Position numbers and translations under genes: made by a program
The notes under the pieces: generated by a model
What the model was told of the DNA's origin: nothing
What the model saw: the letters and a program-made list of their open reading frames with translations, nothing else
Databases searched by the model: none
In this document: piece after piece, positions 18,215 to 25,776 of the stretch
Numbering within the stretch: position 1 is the stretch's first letter
Layout of the letters: each line of letters begins with the position of its first letter
Sequence record: MT446416.1
Direction: 5' to 3' (one strand)
Length of the DNA: 64,000 nt

Positions 18215-18775
18215 CTATCTTTTTGAATATTTTTTAATGTATCTCATAATCGCTGGCGGTGTAGTATTATACCTTTCAGCTAGTATAATTGAGTTAGCAT
18301 CATGTGAATATGGTTTATACAGTTGTATAACTTCGTTAATCTCTTTTTCAGTTAGTTTTGTCCTAACATGCCTTATACCTTCACTCTCATACTTCACTAT
18401 TTTTTTAATAGGCGTTGCGTCGTCATGTATTCCGGTATCGTGTGCGTGTATTATGTTTTCCTTTCCGGTTGACCATTCCAAATTACTGTAATGATTATTA
18501 CTTTTATTTCTATCCTTATGATTAACCTGGACTTTCTTTCTTTTTGTTTTTTGTGCCCATTCTATTTGTGCAGGTGTCGGAGGGGGTAGATAGTTGGATG
18601 CAACCAATCTTTGAACATACTCAAAATGTTTTGATTTGTCTTCTCTTACAAGCGTTAATCTATGATACCCATCAGGGCGAATTGTTGGAGAAAGAATATT
18701 ACTACCATAACGCCTAACATCCCCATACTCACTAATTTCATAAAGGGGATTCTCTTTTAATTGTTTCCATTCCAT
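18215..18775 (-). mobile_element. NUMOD4/HNH homing endonuclease-like gene
   Basis: W..L...P.YEISEYG N-terminus; VQRLVA..; VNHKDRNKSNNHYSNLEW HNH motif. Confidence 0.85.
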
Positions 18776-18856
18776 TGATTTGATCCTTTTAGTTTCTCCT
18801 TTGTATTATATCACACAAAAACAAAAAAAGCCCACTGTTTAAGGTGGGCTAGTGAT

Positions 18857-19156
18857 TTATAAACAGTTAATTACTCCTGTGTGCGTTACTTTCTCAGTAT
18901 CCATTACAGTGACCGAACCGCGTTTAGTACTGGCATCATAATAAATTGTTGTGCTACCTTTCGCATCTTCTTCATGGAACGGGCCGTTTTTAAATGCTTC
19001 TGGCTGGATCTCTAGATCCTTTAAAACAATATCGCCAGTTCTTTCTTCGGTCATTGCAACAGTGCACTGAATGAATTTTTCACTACTTACATCTAACGAC
19101 GCATTAACAGCGAAAGAGGAAACAGATAAAGCCAGGGAGATGATTGCTACTTTCAT
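18857..19156 (-). CDS. Secreted/periplasmic protein
   Basis: MKVAIISLALSVSSFAVNA signal peptide; two Cys; start corrected. Confidence 0.75.
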   Translation of the reverse strand: MKVAIISLALSVSSFAVNASLDVSSEKFIQCTVAMTEERTGDIVLKDLEIQPEAFKNGPFHEEDAKGSTTIYYDASTKRGSVTVMDTEKVTHTGVINCL

Positions 19157-19264
19157 TTGATTATCCTTAGTTACCAGGGGAACCGTTCCCCCTATGTAAA
19201 ACATTATACGCGTTTAAAAACTATTATCAAGTACTTTAATATAAAAGTATTTGAAAAATAATTG

Positions 19265-19392
19265 TTGACAACTGCATCCAGTACTGGCATAATACCTACA
19301 TAAAGACAAAACAGTCTCCAACCCACCGGGTGCATAGATCCGTCTATTAAATGATTCAGTACTGCAAAATAAAGGGGATCAATTGATCCCCT
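19265..19392 (+). ncRNA. Small-RNA-like unit, family 1, + strand
   Basis: TTGACA(19265)-17-CATAAT, motif ACCCACCGGGTGCATAG at 19321, then the GGGGATC-AATT-GATCCCC hairpin at 19374-19391. Confidence 0.55.
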
Positions 19393-19397
19393 CTGTA

Positions 19398-19619
19398 TTA
19401 CTTAGTAAGGTATAAACAGAAGTCACCTTTATTTGCTACGCCGCCAGTGTAACGCGATGAATAGTTAGAAATATCTTGTACTTCTGCTATTACCAGTGTA
19501 TCATCATTCATTTCGTCGCAGAAGCAAACGGCTGGATCTTTTACGCCGATATTGTCGGCATGTTCCCGCATAGATTTAACCAGTGCTTCCAGTTGAGAAA
19601 GAGTAGTGATATTAGCCAT
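19398..19619 (-). CDS. Hypothetical early protein
   Basis: Start corrected to MANITTL. Confidence 0.75.
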   Translation of the reverse strand: MANITTLSQLEALVKSMREHADNIGVKDPAVCFCDEMNDDTLVIAEVQDISNYSSRYTGGVANKGDFCLYLTK

Positions 19620-19809
19620 TGTATTTTCCTCATTACCAGGGAGAACCATTTCTCCCCTCTATGTAAACTATTATACAGTACTGGAAACTAATTGCAAGTA
19701 CTTAATGGTAAGATCCGCAACGGTTGCAGTAGTTTTATTTGTTCGATCATGATGCTTACTCCTGGTTAAAGGCGGGAACCATTCCCCGCCATTGTCACAG
19801 TACTGAATA

Positions 19810-20049
19810 TTACATTCCAACCATTGCAGCACGGATCGCAGTAGTGCTATACTTGAATCCGTCCGGCGTTGTAGTAGTACCGTTGGCTTTTAATCTGCGG
19901 TACATACATTCCGCTGCAATATCTTTCGTTTTACTTTGAGCGATGCAATTTTGAGCAATCCGGTACAATGATTCATCGTTATTGATCCAAAGGCTTACAT
20001 TCCAATGAGTTTTGTTTTTGTGTCCGTTGTAAGTTTTAGTACTAGCCAT
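19810..20049 (-). CDS. Hypothetical early protein, paralog of 21838..22065
   Basis: NGHKN..HWNVSLWINNDESLY shared. Confidence 0.8.
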   Translation of the reverse strand: MASTKTYNGHKNKTHWNVSLWINNDESLYRIAQNCIAQSKTKDIAAECMYRRLKANGTTTTPDGFKYSTTAIRAAMVGM

Positions 20050-20138
20050 TTTTTAATCCTCTTATATAGTGGGGAACTATTCCCCACCTGATGTAAAGTA
20101 TTATACGCTTTTAAACTTAGTTTGCAAGTACTTTTTAA

Positions 20139-20750
20139 TTAATATGCGATTGATTCTACTACGCCATCAATAACATTGAATTGATATTCGTTACCCTCAA
20201 TCAGTGCCGTAATGTTTTCAGTAGTGAATTGATCCTTATATGCATTCTCTAAATCACGGTAAAACTTGCGTGACAATTCACGAATAGTATCAGTTAGTAG
20301 TTTCTCAAGCTCATTAACTAACGTTTCTTGTTTTGAGGTTAAATCAGTGTAAGCCGATTCAATGTACCCGCTTACAGTGTTCTCATGCGAGTAATGGGAG
20401 TGAGATCGCTTTACACTCATCGCCAAATCATCTTCATTCAGCAGGTGACGGATTGAGCGATACTTAGTTAATGCTCTTACCTTGCGTAAAAACTTCACTG
20501 CGTCAACGTGGTCAGTACTGATTGATGCACCGTCACCCTGGGACCAAAAACCACTGAATTGTATTTCAGCGTCATTAATGCCATATTCTGGTAGTACTGT
20601 TTCTTTATAGTATTCAATTTCACTTTCAGAAAAATAATCGTCGTTTGTGTTTTTTTCACGTTCCCGAACCAGTTCGATAGCTGACGTTTTTTGTTCTGCG
20701 TTCAATTCAGAAAAATCCATAACATAAGTAGTAGTAGTGATAGTTTTCAT
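20139..20750 (-). CDS. Conserved acidic phage/ICE-type hypothetical protein
   Basis: FSELNAE..A and FSGFWSQGDGA motifs; function unvalidated. Confidence 0.75.
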   Translation of the reverse strand: MKTITTTTYVMDFSELNAEQKTSAIELVREREKNTNDDYFSESEIEYYKETVLPEYGINDAEIQFSGFWSQGDGASISTDHVDAVKFLRKVRALTKYRSIRHLLNEDDLAMSVKRSHSHYSHENTVSGYIESAYTDLTSKQETLVNELEKLLTDTIRELSRKFYRDLENAYKDQFTTENITALIEGNEYQFNVIDGVVESIAY

Positions 20751-20818
20751 TTTGTAACCCTCATTCAGTAGTTGATGTAAGTATTATACGCTTTTAAAAA
20801 CAATTGTCAAACTATTTT

Positions 20819-20895
20819 ATCAGGGGAGTTTTTCGTATGCCTTACTCCTGGGCTACTCAACGGGGAGTTACTTATTTCGTTCCCCGTCCTGATGT
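20819..20895 (-). ncRNA. Structured RNA, family 2, second standalone copy
   Basis: GGAGT-AAGGCATACGAAAA-ACTCC at 20825-20848, an ACGGGGA/TCCCCGT stem and an ATCAGG/CCTGAT closing stem; no ORF. Confidence 0.55.
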
Positions 20896-20971
20896 AATAC
20901 ATTATACGCCGTTAAACATAGTATGCAAGTACTTTTTAAAATAGTTTTCAGTACTGAATAGTAAAAAGGTA

Positions 20972-21145
20972 TTGACAGCACTATCCAGTACTGGCATAAT
21001 ATACCCCATGACAACAGCTAACCCACCGGGTGCACAATTGTAACTGTACTAAACTACTTTTTCTATAGATACACTCCCGCACCCCGTGGGCCAAATTGTT
21101 CGTTTCAATAGATACATTATGCCAGTACTGACAAAATAAGTCAAT
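20972..21145. ncRNA. Convergent pair of family-1 units
   Basis: + strand: TTGACA(20972)-17-CATAAT, motif at 21021. - strand: TTGACT(~21139-44)-17-CATAAT, motif GCCCACGGGGTGCGGGAGTGTATCTA at ~21066-21091. Confidence 0.5.
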
Positions 21146-21174
21146 ACTGGCAATTGTAAAGATTTGTAAACTAC

Positions 21175-21405
21175 TTATACTGCAATCGCGTCCAGGCTAT
21201 AATAATAATAAGTGCCGTATTGGTGTACTTTATTACCTTTTATTTCAGTACTGAATGAATCCGAACGATTAGCATATGATGTTAATTTAAAGTACTTTGC
21301 TTTACTAATACGTTGCCATACACCGCAGATCCGCTGTAAGTAAGTAGTTTTATTAGTGGTAGTATCTTTTACGGTTTTAACTTCGGTCATATACATATTA
21401 GCCAT
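21175..21405 (-). CDS. Hypothetical early protein
   Basis: Start corrected to MANMYMT. Confidence 0.75.
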   Translation of the reverse strand: MANMYMTEVKTVKDTTTNKTTYLQRICGVWQRISKAKYFKLTSYANRSDSFSTEIKGNKVHQYGTYYYYSLDAIAV

Positions 21406-21492
21406 TTTTTTAATCCTCTTATGTAGTGGGGAAGTATTCCCCATCTGATATAAAGTATTATACGCTTTTAAACTTAGTATGCAAGTACTTTT

Positions 21493-21756
21493 TTATAGTA
21501 CTGCAATCTTTTTAGTACGGTACACGGTAACGCGATTGCCCTTGCGGTCGTGCTTTATTTCTACTACTCGCCGCGATACACTATCAGGACTTTTTAACGC
21601 CGCCAACCAGTACTGTAAAGATCTGGCTTTACTTTGCTTTACTACCGCCCAACGTTTACCACGTTCCGATTGTCCGCCCATATCTTTAAACGTCGCCCCG
21701 TCCAGACGTGCGGCGATCCGTGCTTGTTCACGCGTCACAAAGTACATAATATTCAT
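21493..21756 (-). CDS. Hypothetical early protein, paralog of 9580..9984
   Basis: Shared motifs as noted for 9580..9984. Confidence 0.8.
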   Translation of the reverse strand: MNIMYFVTREQARIAARLDGATFKDMGGQSERGKRWAVVKQSKARSLQYWLAALKSPDSVSRRVVEIKHDRKGNRVTVYRTKKIAVL

Positions 21757-21837
21757 GCTGTTACCCCATCGTTGACGTATAAAAGAAATCTATTATAAAG
21801 TACTATCACCGTGCAATAGTACTTTAAATATATTCTA

Positions 21838-22065
21838 TTACATTCCAACCATCGCCGCACGCACGCTTGATTTGCTATAACGTGCCCCATCAGGCGTGTG
21901 AGTACCTAAAAGGCGTAACATCCGCTCAACCGCTTTATCTCGCGTGTTGGTGCTTTTAATACTTTCCAGGGCCAATTGGTACAGTGATTCATCGTTATTG
22001 ATCCAAAGGCTTACATTCCAATGGTTGTAGTTTTTATGGCCGTTGAAAGTTTTAGTAGTAGTCAT
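21838..22065 (-). CDS. Hypothetical early protein, paralog of 19810..20049
   Basis: WNVSLWINNDESLY. Confidence 0.8.
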   Translation of the reverse strand: MTTTKTFNGHKNYNHWNVSLWINNDESLYQLALESIKSTNTRDKAVERMLRLLGTHTPDGARYSKSSVRAAMVGM

Positions 22066-22158
22066 TTTTAATTCCTCTTAAGTGCAGCGGGAACCATTCC
22101 CGCTCTCGATGTAATACATTATACGCTATTTGATAGTACTGTCAAACTAATTTTTAAC

Positions 22159-22521
22159 TTATTCGTAAATTTTGCCACTGTCAGCCCATACCAGGAAACG
22201 AGGCATATTATCCCATGCATCTTGTTTTAAATTTAAACCGTGTAATACTTCTGTACTTTCCATTCCTGGTACTGGTTTACTATACACCGCGAACATTTCA
22301 CCCATATACTGATAAGCCATCGTTAAATCACTGGCGATCATCTTATGGATCATCGCATCAAGCATCACGGTAGCGGCGTATTGTTCACGCTTAAGCGGCA
22401 ACATTGCAATAAGTCCACGATAAGCTGAAATGTGAATTTTTACCGTTTCTGCCGGAAGATCTTTCATCTCGTCGCGGAAGTTAACCAGGTTAGCAATAAT
22501 TTTATTGATTTGTGTCGCCAT
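22159..22521 (-). CDS. Hypothetical protein, first gene of the early block
   Basis: ORF with promoter module at 22546-22610. Confidence 0.8.
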   Translation of the reverse strand: MATQINKIIANLVNFRDEMKDLPAETVKIHISAYRGLIAMLPLKREQYAATVMLDAMIHKMIASDLTMAYQYMGEMFAVYSKPVPGMESTEVLHGLNLKQDAWDNMPRFLVWADSGKIYE

Positions 22522-22660
22522 CGTTTTTAATCTCTCTTAAAGTGCAGCGGGAACCATTCCCGCTCTCGATGTAATACATTATACGCCGTTAAACATAGTA
22601 TGCAAGTACTTTCTACAAATACTTTTAAAATAGTTTTCTTTCTATATAGGGGAACTATCT

Positions 22661-22712
22661 TTCAGTACTATCTTTCAGTACTATCATTCAGTACTATCAT
22701 TCAGTACTGAAT
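22661..22712. repeat. 13-bp tandem repeat x4 (TTCAGTACTATCW)
   Basis: Units start at 22661, 22674, 22687 and 22700. Confidence 0.9.
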
Positions 22713-22871
22713 CAATCCACTAAATCATCCCTATACCCCGTAAAACGGCCTCAGACGCATTCTAACGCATTAATACACCTAAGCTATACATTTGCACCAT
22801 TCCAATCATTCCAGGGCTTTACGGGCCGTTGAAACGCGTTAAATTATTTTCAATTATTTTGTTTTTAGGTA

Positions 22872-23170
22872 TTGACTTGATCCTGAAAAAGCGTATAATT
22901 ACTACATAAGCCGGACACAAGGCACTAACCCACAGGGTGCGGAATTACGCCCAAAATTCAAGATATAAAAAAAGGATACACTCCCGCACCCTAGCAGGTC
23001 AACGCACTTTCTCAGTACTGAAATATAGTACCATAGTACTTGCCAGGATAGCAAGCAAATTAATTAAAACTTTTTTGCTTCCAGGGTATTGCTTTATTTT
23101 TTCAGTACTGTATAATAGTTTCATCAAGTCGAGAAAGACTCAAGCCCACCGGGTGCATAGTTACGCCCAA
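22872..23170 (+). ncRNA. Two + strand family-1 units and one degenerate - strand copy
   Basis: Motifs at 22928 (ACCCACAGGGTGC) and 23144 (GCCCACCGGGTGCA), each behind a TATAAT promoter; degenerate copy at ~22976-22999. Confidence 0.5.
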
Positions 23171-23338
23171 AATTCAGTACTGAAAAAATTTTTAAAATAT
23201 CTGTCCAGGCCGTTGACATTGCCCCCAGTTTATAAGATAATGATTCCAGATTCAGAAAAATCTAACTCCAGATACTGCGGGGAAACTATCCCCACGCGGT
23301 AGGGGAACTATTGGAAAAAACAAAATAAAATTTTGATT

Positions 23339-23490
23339 TAGCCGTCTATACTTCCAGACGTGTAACCATCTAGCCGTTTAGCCGTCCAAACGTCTAGCCA
23401 TCCAGCCATCCAGAAATCTAGCCGTTTAGCCGTCTAGATGGATAGCCATCTTTACTTCCATACTTCTGGAGGTCTAGACATATCTACGTC
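23339..23490. repeat. Degenerate 8-bp tandem array, consensus YAGCCRTC, about 19 units
   Basis: Eight YAGCCRTY copies in exact 8-bp phase: 23339, 23371, 23379, 23395, 23403, 23419, 23427, 23443. Confidence 0.85.
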
Positions 23491-23648
23491 CAAAATCCAC
23501 CCAGGGTTACTACACCCAAAATCCGTCAGTACTATACCATAGATCTATCTTTTGAAAGGGAGTATTCAGTACTGCCATCATAGCCCTCACTATGTTACCC
23601 TAGGAGGATGAAGACTATCATGTAGTACTGAATACTGTTAGAGGGAAT

Positions 23649-23668
23649 CCACCAGCTTGTGCTGGTGG
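23649..23668. other. Inverted pair of Chi sites
   Basis: CCACCAGC-TTGT-GCTGGTGG. Confidence 0.85.
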
Positions 23669-24077
23669 CATAATGCTTTAGATTAAAATCAGTACTGACA
23701 CCATTCTGTTAATATCAGTACTGTTATTACGATTTTCATATGAGGTTCAAAAAGATGTACCACCACAGGAGGAACTATCTTTTCTGTACTGTCTCACGAC
23801 AGGAGGTAGAGTAAATGAATTGTTCGCAGCAACTCATCTCTCTATGTAGAACATTATACAGTACTGAATCATAATGTCAATAACTTTCTTTCACCATTCA
23901 GTACTGATATTCTTGAGAACTACCCGTCTACAAACATCATTATATCCCACAAATCATAAACGTCCCAACGTAAATTTCAACTTTCGAAGATCCAACTTTT
24001 ATTTCATAGGTACTCCAAAATTTTTAGGATCGAGATTTAGGATGGAGTACTAACCAACTTTTTGCTGGAGCCTCAAG

Positions 24078-24119
24078 GGGTAATTGAATTTTACCCCGAA
24101 GGGTAAAAGGGTAATTGAA
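24078..24119. terminator. TTTTACCC-CGAA-GGGTAAAA hairpin flanked by GGGTAATTGAA direct repeats
   Basis: Perfect 8-bp stem with a UUCG loop on the - strand (24089-24108). Confidence 0.6.
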
Positions 24120-24587
24120 ATTAAGGTGAAAGTAATAATTCAGTACTAATCATTGCGTGATTACTTTTGATTACATTTGATGTAATTTGCAAAATGGAAA
24201 AGGAGCTTGGAAACTAAAAAGTACGGTAGACTTCCTCTGCCTACTTAGTGGGATATCGACACCTTCAGTACTGAATACTTTTGGGGCAGTACTGCTACGT
24301 TCTTGATTAAACGTGCACATTCCTGTACTCTATTACACTCTAGTACTCACTACTGATCAGTACTGATCACTACAGTGATTATAAATGATTACTTAAATGT
24401 TTATATATGATTACTTATGATTACTTATGACAAAGAGAAGCCAAAAGCTTCTCTGTAGAGTTACGGGGTTTAGCCTGGAGAGAATCCTAGTGATCGCATT
24501 TGTCCAGGCTGAATTTTAACAATTCGCCTGTACATAAAGGTTGTTCACTAGGAGCTTCCCCAGTCTCTATGTGCTCTATATGTTGAA

Positions 24588-24797
24588 TTACTTCCTATAT
24601 ATAAGTATTAACATATAGTAGTACTGATTATGCTGTACATTCTCTTTAATATTATAAGGGTCTATAGCAATCTCGGTACATCTGTTAAATGCATATCTAT
24701 TAAATGCCAGTACTATTAGATTGTTAACCCATGCTTGTTCGTTTTCTTTTAGTTTACTTATATAGTACTCTTTATACTCTTTATACTCTTTATGCAT
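24588..24797 (-). CDS. Array B member
   Basis: KEY x3, encoded by a 9-bp tandem repeat at 24766-24792. Confidence 0.8.
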   Translation of the reverse strand: MHKEYKEYKEYYISKLKENEQAWVNNLIVLAFNRYAFNRCTEIAIDPYNIKENVQHNQYYYMLILIYRK

Positions 24798-24810
24798 AGT
24801 ATTATCTCTA

Positions 24811-24993
24811 TTAATATGATAGTACTAGTGTTAGTACTGAGCACAATTGTTCTTTATAGTTCTTAGGGTATATAGAATCTTTTATGCACTCATTGAAGTG
24901 CCATAGGTATAATCTTGGGTCGCATTCTTTATATATTTTTACGGGGACGAATGTTAGTTTTCTTATATAGAAGTCTTTATGTTCTTTATTCAT
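24811..24993 (-). CDS. Array B member
   Basis: KDFYI...FNECI. Confidence 0.8.
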   Translation of the reverse strand: MNKEHKDFYIRKLTFVPVKIYKECDPRLYLWHFNECIKDSIYPKNYKEQLCSVLTLVLSY

Positions 24994-25195
24994 ATAGGAA
25001 TAGTATACCTATGATGCCTGAGTACAGGTTAGTACTGTTATTATTGTCGTTTGCGTTTAAAGTCATTTGAATACAATTATTGTAGCATAATCTGCCGAAA
25101 TATGTATCAGTACTTAAAGGTGGTGTAGTTCTTAGAAACATTTGTTCTGATGTACTGAGGTGTTTGGAGTAGTATTCTTTATGTTCTTTATTCAT
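24986..25195 (-). CDS. Array B member
   Basis: KEYY...YNNCI. Confidence 0.8.
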   Translation of the reverse strand: MNKEHKEYYSKHLSTSEQMFLRTTPPLSTDTYFGRLCYNNCIQMTLNANDNNNSTNLYSGIIGILFLYE

Positions 25196-25200
25196 ATTAG

Positions 25201-25386
25201 TTAGTGTCTGTATATAAGTAATAGTAAGAATACGTACTGCACCTGTTCATCTTTAGTATTGAGTACTGTACGTATTGCGTCATGGAACAAGAATATAGTA
25301 CTTGGGTCATTAGAATTTAAGGGGTTTACGGGGACGGCGTGTTTGTAGTTCCCTTTAACAAATTGTATATAGTATTCTTTATACAT
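25201..25386 (-). CDS. Array B member
   Basis: MYKEYYI. Confidence 0.8.
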   Translation of the reverse strand: MYKEYYIQFVKGNYKHAVPVNPLNSNDPSTIFLFHDAIRTVLNTKDEQVQYVFLLLLIYRH

Positions 25387-25387
25387 A

Positions 25388-25567
25388 TTAGTACCTGAAT
25401 ATTAGGGCGAGAATGTAGTACATATAATTTTGGTTCACAGCACAGTCAGTATGGTCAATGAATTGTTGGGTCTTTTTCTTATCCTTGAAATCTATTGGGT
25501 TTAGTAGTATAAGCATTTGGGAGTTTATATCCAGATGGCTTACGTAGAATTCTTTATAGTTATTCAT
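25388..25567 (-). CDS. Array B member (59 aa, below track cutoff)
   Basis: MNNYKEFYVSHL...YYILALIFRY. Confidence 0.75.
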   Translation of the reverse strand: MNNYKEFYVSHLDINSQMLILLNPIDFKDKKKTQQFIDHTDCAVNQNYMYYILALIFRY

Positions 25568-25766
25568 AGAAGAATATTAGTCCTATTACACCTGAGTACA
25601 TAATATTTTTGTTATTGTATTCTAATGCGTCTAGAGTACTACGTATACAATTATTAAAGCAATCTCTGGCGTGTTGTGTATCTAAACGTAAAGGTGATAC
25701 ACTCCTTAGAAACATTTGTTCTTCGTTGCTGAGGTATTTGGTGTAGAATTCTTTCTGTTCGTTCAT
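25560..25766 (-). CDS. Array B member
   Basis: KEFY...FNNCI. Confidence 0.8.
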   Translation of the reverse strand: MNEQKEFYTKYLSNEEQMFLRSVSPLRLDTQHARDCFNNCIRSTLDALEYNNKNIMYSGVIGLIFFYE

Positions 25767-25776
25767 ATTGGCCTCT

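Larger units (their letters stand above)
6588..22612 (-). promoter_or_regulatory. Repeated early promoter plus 5' hairpin module (about 19 copies)
   Basis: AAAGTAC-TTGCAT/TTGACA-16/17-TATAAT-GTTTTACATC, then a GGGGAA-NNN-TTCCCC hairpin, at ~6590, 7817, 8153, 10414, 11409, 11705, 11983, 14162, 15127, 15722, 17000, 17315, 19175, 19627, 20069, 21425, 22085 and 22546; the hairpin alone at 19771. Confidence 0.85.

Noticed and set aside
20139-20750. Antitoxin label for the FSGFWSQGDGA protein
   Set aside because: This is only a remembered automated annotation. There is no adjacent toxin and no sequence evidence for the function.
10826-20895. Hammerhead ribozyme reading of the family-2 three-way junction
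   Set aside because: The CUGANGA and GAAA core is not present in the right order on either strand.
6568-21444. N-terminal extensions such as MYNVLHREG, MFYIERG, MFYIGG and MVLPG on several early ORFs
   Set aside because: These are translations of the repeated promoter/leader module. True starts with an RBS lie downstream and were used.
22937-23302. 121-aa + strand ORF
   Set aside because: GTG start with no RBS; it runs through promoters and family-1 motifs in the non-coding gap.
6588-23490. CRISPR array
   Set aside because: The repeats are separated by whole genes or are short tandem units. There is no regular repeat-spacer period and no cas gene.
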